Shown: piece after piece, positions 51,829 through 64,000 of the stretch
Position numbering within the stretch: the first letter of the stretch is position 1
Layout of the letters: every line of letters starts with the position of its first letter
Source of the DNA: Macrostomum lignano
Lineage: Eukaryota
Assembly: GCA_002269645.1 (NCBI GenBank)
Contig: NIVC01000374.1
Span: 124,001 to 188,000, forward strand
Direction of reading: 5' to 3'
Length of the DNA stretch: 64,000 nucleotides
Position numbers and translations under genes: made by a program
The notes under the pieces: generated by a model
What the model was told of the DNA's origin: nothing
Databases searched by the model: none
Seen by the model: only the letters and a program-made list of their open reading frames with translations

Positions 51829-51888
<60 letters not shown>

Positions 51889-51912
51889 GCCTGCCTGTCT
51901 GTCTGTCTGTCC

Positions 51913-51962
<50 letters not shown>

Positions 51963-51963
51963 G

Positions 51964-51994
<31 letters not shown>

Positions 51995-51999
51995 GTGGC

Positions 52000-52036
<37 letters not shown>

Positions 52037-52109
52037 TTCTCAGTCTTGTCTGTCTGTCTGTCTGTCTGTCTTTCTCAGTCTTGTCTGTCTGTCTGTCTGT
52101 CTGTCTGTG

Positions 52110-52140
<31 letters not shown>

Positions 52141-52167
52141 GTCTGTCTGTCTGTCTGTCTGTCTGTG

Positions 52168-52206
<39 letters not shown>

Positions 52207-52261
52207 GTCTGTCTGTCTGTCTGTCTGTCTGTGTGTCTGTCTGTCTGTCTGTCTGTCTGTG

Positions 52262-52292
<31 letters not shown>

Positions 52293-52321
52293 GTGTCTGT
52301 CTGTCTGTCTGTCTGTCTGTG

Positions 52322-52356
<35 letters not shown>

Positions 52357-52357
52357 G

Positions 52358-52398
<41 letters not shown>

Positions 52399-52405
52399 TT
52401 CTCAG

Positions 52406-52437
<32 letters not shown>

Positions 52438-52444
52438 TTCTCAG

Positions 52445-52478
<34 letters not shown>

Positions 52479-52479
52479 G

Positions 52480-52558
<79 letters not shown>

Positions 52559-52559
52559 G

Positions 52560-52610
<51 letters not shown>

Positions 52611-52627
52611 GTGTCTGTCTGTCTGTG

Positions 52628-52676
<49 letters not shown>

Positions 52677-52753
52677 TTCTCAGTCTTGTCTGTCTGTCTG
52701 TCTGTCTGTCTTTCTCAGTCTTGTCTGTCTGTCTGTCTGTCTGTCTTTCTCAG

Positions 52754-52797
<44 letters not shown>

Positions 52798-52804
52798 TTC
52801 TCAG

Positions 52805-52848
<44 letters not shown>

Positions 52849-52908
52849 TTCTCAGTCTTGTCTGTCTGTCTGTCTGTCTGTCTTTCTCAGTCTTGTCTGT
52901 CTGTCTGT
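51019..52908 (+). repeat. (TCTG)n microsatellite with interspersed TTTCTCAGTCT cassettes (copy at 58006-59911)
   Basis: Directly visible. Confidence 0.97.
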
Positions 52909-53514
52909 CAATCGATAACCCATATCCAGACCAGACAAGGGGCCCTGAGCAGGCGGTCCATCTAACCGGAAAATGATGCCGGGCATCCTCATCGACTCGG
53001 TGCAGAATTTCGCCAATTCTCTCTTAGCCAAACGATCAGCAAGCGCACTTAGTTTGCAAGCGGGATGATGAAGATTGCACAGAGTGCTCTGACTGCGGAG
53101 TTTATAGATCAATAATTCAGTCAACTAAGGATTGTGTTTTATTAAATAATAATAAAAAGTTTTACAACAAGCCAGAGCGCGATGACGCTTCTCGGAGTTA
53201 GCCGCGGCTACTCAGATGTGTTGTTACAAAGTACCATGACCCGACCTACGGCAACGCTGGGGGGGGGAGGCTGCAAGTGGTTTGTCTTTTGTTTTAAAAA
53301 CTTAAATAACGCACATTCCTGCTCTGCATGCAGATTTTAGATTGTCTGTCTGACAACTCCAGGCCATGGAGCACATCGGGTACACAGCATCCGGGCTGGG
53401 GAGATGAGAATAATTCAGAAAAAATGAGATCTATAAATTCTTTGTTTCTTTTCTATGAAAATGATGGCAGTCTACCAGCGGCTGATATCCTACTTACCAA
53501 ATCTCCATTACTCT

Positions 53515-53556
<42 letters not shown>

Positions 53557-53730
53557 CTTCCTCTCCCCTCTCTTCCTCTCCCCTCTCTTCCTCTCCCCTC
53601 TCTTCCTCTCCCCTCTTTCTCTCCCCTCTCTTCCTCTCCCCTCTCTTCCTCTCCCTTCTCTTCCTCTCCTCTCTTTCTCTCCTCTCTCCCTCTCTCCTGT
53701 CTTCCTCTGCCCTCTCTCCCTCTCTCCCTA
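53515..53730 (+). repeat. (CT)n plus CTCTTCCTCTCCCCT pyrimidine tract (copy at ~60520-60730)
   Basis: Directly visible. Confidence 0.9.
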
Positions 53731-54523
53731 TAGAGCCCCATCACAATGAGCAATCCTGACTCTGCTCCAGTCTGAATTGCAGCCAAAATTTTACAGAATA
53801 AAACTGTCTATTTCGCTATAAAACTGTCAGCTGTTCTGTTTATAAAACAAAAGTTTCTACACATCAAATGGTTTCCAATCCAAGTTGGTAATTTTCAAAC
53901 ATCACGGCCCGCCCAATAAAATGTGTGATGCTGTCTTTTGTACTTGGGGCACTTGGATAGAAGAGACAGACAGTCACACTGTTATGAACATTGCCAGATG
54001 CTTTGCACAGAAGAATATAATACTGTAGGGTGAATGCCGTGCGTTCAAGACGAAACCCCGCTGGCACTCGTGAGAAAATATCTACCAAAGATTTAGATAC
54101 TTAACATAATAAGCAGGTGAAAGCCGCATCAGCAAGGCTGAATTCCGACTTAAGCTACAATTCTTAAAGCATATCTCGCTACAGAACATCTACTATTGGT
54201 AAGTTCTGCAGTTCTGTGGCTACTTGGTATTAACTCATACTGCCTTGAAGTGTTGATTACTTCTGAATGAAACACATTATTCATTTGGAGGGGCTGTTGG
54301 TAAACGAAAATTGGGTCCAAACCTCGCGGCACAGGGAATCTACCTTCTTGACGAGTTGAAAGTCAAAGGTCCGCTGTACACCGCCATGTAGCTTCTTGAT
54401 CCCATCCTGCCACTCAATAATCCCACCGCACTCTGTGAAACATTTCAGTTTCAATTGAGCTTTAGTCTTCTGGGCAGATCCAAAGCCAAGCAGCAGCAAC
54501 AGCAACTTCAAGGAACTCAAAAG

Positions 54524-56354
54524 ATGACGGAGCCAAGTCCAGCTCAAACAGGAGGGGAGAGTTCCACTCCTGCTGCCTGCACTTTTCGGCTGACATTTCT
54601 GGGCAAACAGGCGTTAAACCGGCCAACCAACAATACGGGATTCGGATCGGTGCAGAAGCCGCTAAGGGATATTTACCTGGCTGCCGGTTTGCAGACTGGC
54701 AAAGAGCCGAAAACTGATCGAGCAGCCGAGAGGACTTTTGTGTTTGACGGGTGAGCAGTAAACTGATGAATATTGAATTATATCCTATCGATTAGCACCG
54801 AAATCCGATTGACGATCATTGGGGAATCCCTTAGATCATTGGGGAATCCCGTAGATCATTGGGGAATCCCGTAGATCATTGGGGAATCCCGTAGATCATT
54901 GGGGAATCCCGTAGATCATTGGGGAATCCCTTAGATCATTGGGAAATCCCGTAGATCATTGGGGAATTCCGTAGATCATTGGGGAATCCCGTAGATCATT
55001 GGGGATACCCGTAGATCATTGGGGATTCCCGTAGATCAATGGGAAATTCCGTAGATCATAGGGAAATCTCGTAGATCATAGGGAAATCTCGTAGATCATT
55101 GGGGAATTCCTTAAATCATTGGGGAATCCCGTAGATCATTGGGGAATCCCGTAGATCATTGGGGAATCCCGTAGATCATTGGGGAATCCCGTAGATCATA
55201 GGGGAATCCCGTAGATCGATGGGGAATCCTGTAGATCATTAGGGAATCCCGTAGATCATTGAGGAATCATTGATGTCATTGGGGAATCCCTGATGTCGTC
55301 TGGGAATATGGTAGAGCATTGTATAGAATCCTTGATGGCGAATAACTAGCCGACTGAGAAGCTTATTTTCTTCTTCCACCTTTCCAGCAACGCGATGCAG
55401 ATCAGATTCTGGGACGCTACGGCCCGCCGCTTCCAGCAGGAGTCCTGGCCGCTGGACTGCGTCACCTATCTCGACCTGGTCCTGTTCCAGACTGTCAAAG
55501 GTCGGAAGCGTCATTTCGGCTACTTTCGTCGGCACACCGATCCGACAGACGTTGTCCCGGACGCGGTGCTCATCCCGCTGCACAAACGCGACGTCAAAAA
55601 CTTGGCAAAGAGCTCGCGAAGTAACCGACCCATTCTCTGCTTTCTGGTGCGCCGGCCCTACGGCATCCAGTTTCTGGAGTGCCACGCCTATCAGGTTGAG
55701 GACGAGGCCACCGGCAGGCAGTTTATCGATCAGTTCGACCGCTGCTCGGCCGACAAGGCGCGCACCGAGCACCGGTCCGAGCGGAAGCCGCTGTTCAACT
55801 ACGCTCCGTGGCAGCCGGCCGAGGACAGGGCGGGTAGGAGCGCCGACGCAGCGGATGGAAACCTTGCCAGCATCAGCAAGTGGGCATCTCAGCCGGCTTT
55901 GGCACCCTCACCGTCTGCTACTGCTGCTGCTCCTAGAAGAGACCTGTCTGCTCAGAAGCAGCAGCAGCAGGAGCAGCAACCAGAAGATCGACGGTACAAA
56001 TCTTCTGGCAATCTCGGCATCTCCTTGATGCCTGCAACCGACGGCTCCTTTGTAGTTGTTGACTCGTTGCTAATGACAACAACATCAACAGCGGACACGA
56101 CAAGTCAGCAGAGCTCTTCTCCTTCATCTTCTGTCTCATCAGCATCAGCTGTTCAGCGTCATCATCAGCAGCAGCAGGCGTCTCTTTCTTCTGGCGCGAT
56201 CCAGCGCTCCGCCTCTGGTACGATTTTTGAAAAGTACAAAGAACTTCAGGCTTTCAACATACCCGAGTGCGAGTACATGGGCTTCCAGGAGATGCAGCAG
56301 CAGCTGGAGAACAGACGGCAGCAACGTTTGACTCAGCAGCAGCAGTCACCACAG
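54524..56354 (+). CDS. Duplicated 5' exons (54478/54524-54750, 55388-56354) of the PTB/PH-like gene; no third exon follows within this copy
   Basis: Same protein as 61526-63356 in the ORF track; phase-2 intron GACGG|gtgagc ... tttccag|CAAC; donor CAG|gttagt leads into (TTAG)n and then into copy 2. Confidence 0.7.
54816..55290 (+). repeat. 20 bp minisatellite (GTAGATCATTGGGGAATCCC), intron of PTB-like gene (copy at 61818-62292)
   Basis: About 23 copies in exact register. Confidence 0.96.
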
Positions 56355-56762
<408 letters not shown>

Positions 56763-58022
56763 ATTGAATTAGTCTCAAAGAAATAATGATGATATTAAAA
56801 CTGACAGCCAGAAGGCCGCCTATTTAATCGCAGTCAGTCCATTTAGCGGACAGAGCCAGGAAACGCCCTTCTAGGGGAAGCGCGGGAGACAGCCAGTCTG
56901 CCCTTATCTTTCCAGATCTCCTAAATATTCCCATTATGAACTGTTCTTGCATGCAGTTACAGGGATTAAAAAGGATGAGATAACGTGTCCGTCTCGCTCA
57001 TGGCCAACGCCCAATAGCGCATATGGCTTCAGCAGGATTGGCCCTAACCCCGAGCTGTGGAAAAGCCACTAATACTAGATTACTCTCGTGACTACAGTTG
57101 TGAGCAGCTTAGCCGACTAAAGTACTCGACTCTGAATGCTTGAAATGGGGGGGGGGGGTTCACCATAAATATATTGTTAAACTATAGATGTGTACTTTAG
57201 GCGCAGTGAAGTAGACAGCAAGAGTGCATGGACCTGCATGTTGCGGCTTTTTAAAAGAAATTCGTTCCCCAGTAGGGCTCGCGGTTCCTGCACGGGTTGT
57301 CTGCTTTTTTGGTAGGTTTAGCTGCCTTTGCGGACACTGAATTCACACTGACACGCTGTACACGCCTGTACACCTGGGGTTCCGCAAACTCCGAAACGTC
57401 TCTCTCCGGCTGTTTGGTTCCTTCAAACTTCACAATCTGTAGCAACTGCTCAAGGTTTGTGTCTTTTCTCACAGTTCCTTTCTCTCTCTTCTATCTCTCT
57501 TCACTCCTCTAATCATCTATCTGCTTTGTTGTCCTGTAGGAGAGAGAAAACTTCCATAAACATTGGCCGCACGGCGTGCACTAGCGGTACACTGACTGGG
57601 TTGGACCGGACAGGACAAGTTGGGGGGCCGCGGACGCAGCTTCTGGTTGGCTGGTCCAGGGGAGAAGGCGCGTGTGGCCGAGCGCTTTATAGCTAATATA
57701 ACTATTAGCAATGTAGCTTTTGCTTGTGCACGTGTGCATTGGCTGGGCTGCTATGCGGCTTCGGTTTGATAAGATTATAATAAATTTCTACACAAACCAG
57801 CAGTAAGCTCTGCGACCAGTTCATTAAGAAAGAATTTGTTTTGTAGCGTTCAATAAGTGTATGGAAATAAGTTCTTTGCAGTTGTGGACACACTCATTAC
57901 TCACTGCTCTGTGTGAGCTGACCTACTGGACCTGAGCGGCTTTACTTGGTCAGATATTGGAAGCATTGATAATATGCCGGTGAGTTTCTCTAGCTTTGTT
58001 TAGGCCTGTCTGTCTGTCTGTG

Positions 58023-58115
<93 letters not shown>

Positions 58116-58174
58116 TTCTCAGTCTTGTCTGTCTGTCTGTCTGTCTGTCTTTCTCAGTCTTGTCTGTCTGTGCC

Positions 58175-58219
<45 letters not shown>

Positions 58220-58220
58220 G

Positions 58221-58301
<81 letters not shown>

Positions 58302-58343
58302 TTCTCAGTCTTGTCTGTCTGTCTGTCTGTCTGTCTTTCTCAG

Positions 58344-58381
<38 letters not shown>

Positions 58382-58398
58382 GTGTCTGTCTGTCTGTG

Positions 58399-58437
<39 letters not shown>

Positions 58438-58438
58438 G

Positions 58439-58469
<31 letters not shown>

Positions 58470-58470
58470 G

Positions 58471-58515
<45 letters not shown>

Positions 58516-58557
58516 TTCTCAGTCTTGTCTGTCTGTCTGTCTGTCTGTCTTTCTCAG

Positions 58558-58595
<38 letters not shown>

Positions 58596-58596
58596 G

Positions 58597-58631
<35 letters not shown>

Positions 58632-58632
58632 G

Positions 58633-58663
<31 letters not shown>

Positions 58664-58680
58664 GTGTCTGTCTGTCTGTG

Positions 58681-58723
<43 letters not shown>

Positions 58724-58740
58724 GTGTCTGTCTGTCTGTG

Positions 58741-58781
<41 letters not shown>

Positions 58782-58823
58782 TTCTCAGTCTTGTCTGTCT
58801 GTCTGTCTGTCTGTCTTTCTCAG

Positions 58824-58883
<60 letters not shown>

Positions 58884-58907
58884 GCCTGCCTGTCTGTCTG
58901 TCTGTCC

Positions 58908-58957
<50 letters not shown>

Positions 58958-58958
58958 G

Positions 58959-58989
<31 letters not shown>

Positions 58990-58994
58990 GTGGC

Positions 58995-59031
<37 letters not shown>

Positions 59032-59104
59032 TTCTCAGTCTTGTCTGTCTGTCTGTCTGTCTGTCTTTCTCAGTCTTGTCTGTCTGTCTGTCTGTCTGTC
59101 TGTG

Positions 59105-59135
<31 letters not shown>

Positions 59136-59164
59136 GTGTCTGTCTGTCTGTCTGTCTGTCTGTG

Positions 59165-59219
<55 letters not shown>

Positions 59220-59264
59220 GTGTCTGTCTGTCTGTGTGTCTGTCTGTCTGTCTGTCTGTCTGTG

Positions 59265-59295
<31 letters not shown>

Positions 59296-59324
59296 GTGTC
59301 TGTCTGTCTGTCTGTCTGTCTGTG

Positions 59325-59359
<35 letters not shown>

Positions 59360-59360
59360 G

Positions 59361-59401
<41 letters not shown>

Positions 59402-59408
59402 TTCTCAG

Positions 59409-59440
<32 letters not shown>

Positions 59441-59447
59441 TTCTCAG

Positions 59448-59481
<34 letters not shown>

Positions 59482-59482
59482 G

Positions 59483-59561
<79 letters not shown>

Positions 59562-59562
59562 G

Positions 59563-59613
<51 letters not shown>

Positions 59614-59630
59614 GTGTCTGTCTGTCTGTG

Positions 59631-59679
<49 letters not shown>

Positions 59680-59756
59680 TTCTCAGTCTTGTCTGTCTGT
59701 CTGTCTGTCTGTCTTTCTCAGTCTTGTCTGTCTGTCTGTCTGTCTGTCTTTCTCAG

Positions 59757-59800
<44 letters not shown>

Positions 59801-59807
59801 TTCTCAG

Positions 59808-59851
<44 letters not shown>

Positions 59852-60518
59852 TTCTCAGTCTTGTCTGTCTGTCTGTCTGTCTGTCTTTCTCAGTCTTGTC
59901 TGTCTGTCTGTCAATCGATAACCCATATCCAGACCAGACAAGGGGCCCTGAGCAGGCGGTCCATCTAACCGGAAAATGATGCCGGGCATCCTCATCGACT
60001 CGGTGCAGAATTTCGCCAATTCTCTCTTAGCCAAACGATCAGCAAGCGCACTTAGTTTGCAAGCGGGATGATGAAGATTGCACAGAGTGCTCTGACTGCG
60101 GAGTTTATAGATCAATAATTCAGTCAACTAAGGATTGTGTTTTATTAAATAATAATAAAAAGTTTTACAACAAGCCAGAGCGCGATGACGCTTCTCGGAG
60201 TTAGCCGCGGCTACTCAGATGTGTTGTTACAAAGTACCATGACCCGACCTACGGCAACGCTGGGGGGGGGGAGGCTGCAAGTGGTTTGTCTTTTGTTTTA
60301 AAAACTTAAATAACGCACATTCCTGCTCTGCATGCAGATTTTAGATTGTCTGTCTGACAACTCCAGGCCATGGAGCACATCGGGTACACAGCATCCGGGC
60401 TGGGGAGATGAGAATAATTCAGAAAAAATGAGATCTATAAATTCTTTGTTTCTTTTCTATGAAAATGATGGCAGTCTACCAGCGGCTGATATCCTACTTA
60501 CCAAATCTCCATTACTCT

Positions 60519-60558
<40 letters not shown>

Positions 60559-61525
60559 CTTCCTCTCCCCTCTCTTCCTCTCCCCTCTCTTCCTCTCCCC
60601 TCTCTTCCTCTCCCCTCTTTCTCTCCCCTCTCTTCCTCTCCCCTCTCTTCCTCTCCCTTCTCTTCCTCTCCTCTCTTTCTCTCCTCTCTCCCTCTCTCCT
60701 GTCTTCCTCTGCCCTCTCTCCCTCTCTCCCTATAGAGCCCCATCACAATGAGCAATCCTGACTCTGCTCCAGTCTGAATTGCAGCCAAAATTTTACAGAA
60801 TAAAACTGTCTATTTCGCTATAAAACTGTCAGCTGTTCTGTTTATAAAACAAAAGTTTCTACACATCAAATGGTTTCCAATCCAAGTTGGTAATTTTCAA
60901 ACATCACGGCCCGCCCAATAAAATGTGTGATGCTGTCTTTTGTACTTGGGGCACTTGGATAGAAGAGACAGACAGTCACACTGTTATGAACATTGCCAGA
61001 TGCTTTGCACAGAAGAATATAATACTGTAGGGTGAATGCCGTGCGTTCAAGACGAAACCCCGCTGGCACTCGTGAGAAAATATCTACCAAAGATTTAGAT
61101 ACTTAACATAATAAGCAGGTGAAAGCCGCATCAGCAAGGCTGAATTCCGACTTAAGCTACAATTCTTAAAGCATATCTCGCTACAGAACATCTACTATTG
61201 GTAAGTTCTGCAGTTCTGTGGCTACTTGGTATTAACTCATACTGCCTTGAAGTGTTGATTACTTCTGAATGAAACACATTATTCATTTGGAGGGGCTGTT
61301 GGTAAACGAAAATTGGGTCCAAACCTCGCGGCACAGGGAATCTACCTTCTTGACGAGTTGAAAGTCAAAGGTCCGCTGTACACCGCCATGTAGCTTCTTG
61401 ATCCCATCCTGCCACTCAATAATCCCACCGCACTCTGTGAAACATTTCAGTTTCAATTGAGCTTTAGTCTTCTGGGCAGATCCAAAGCCAAGCAGCAGCA
61501 ACAGCAACTTCAAGGAACTCAAAAG

Positions 61526-64000
<2,475 letters not shown>

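Larger units (their letters stand above)
49777..56354 (+). repeat. Copy 1 of ~7.0 kb tandem segmental duplication
   Basis: Starts ATTGAATTAGTCTCAAAG exactly as 56763; offset 6986 at the start, 6987 after a G-run, about 7002 at the end; the ORF track is duplicated identically. Confidence 0.95.

Overview
Eukaryotic (animal) genomic DNA with GC-rich exons and introns filled by tandem repeats. The style fits a free-living flatworm such as Macrostomum, but this is an inference from composition only; no search was run. All protein-coding genes are on the + strand, and I could splice each one by hand with GT-AG sites and consistent phases: (1) the last three exons of a CDC25 phosphatase (<1-1204); (2) a complete 9-exon VPS35L/C16orf62 (12582-25867, 1030 aa); (3) an unrecognised 6-exon gene (34740-47352, about 1851 aa) whose first coding exon of 4.7 kb encodes graded acidic tandem repeats; (4) a PTB/PH-like, polyQ-rich gene running off the right end. 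A decayed Ty3/Gypsy gag-pol lies at about 3841-7761. The 5' part of gene 4 sits in a near-identical ~7.0 kb tandem duplication whose junctions fall inside (TTAG)n arrays. Sixteen of 17 modelled introns carry a tandem array, nearly always with a different unit. Several arrays multimerise recognisable transcription-factor motifs (kappaB, E2F, CCAAT), and two related arrays face each other in a foldback-like arrangement. Most long ORFs in the supplied track are repeat artefacts. I saw no tRNA, rRNA or CRISPR array. The best candidates for new biology are the repeat-driven genome architecture and the unrecognised repeat protein; I cannot claim a new enzymatic system.
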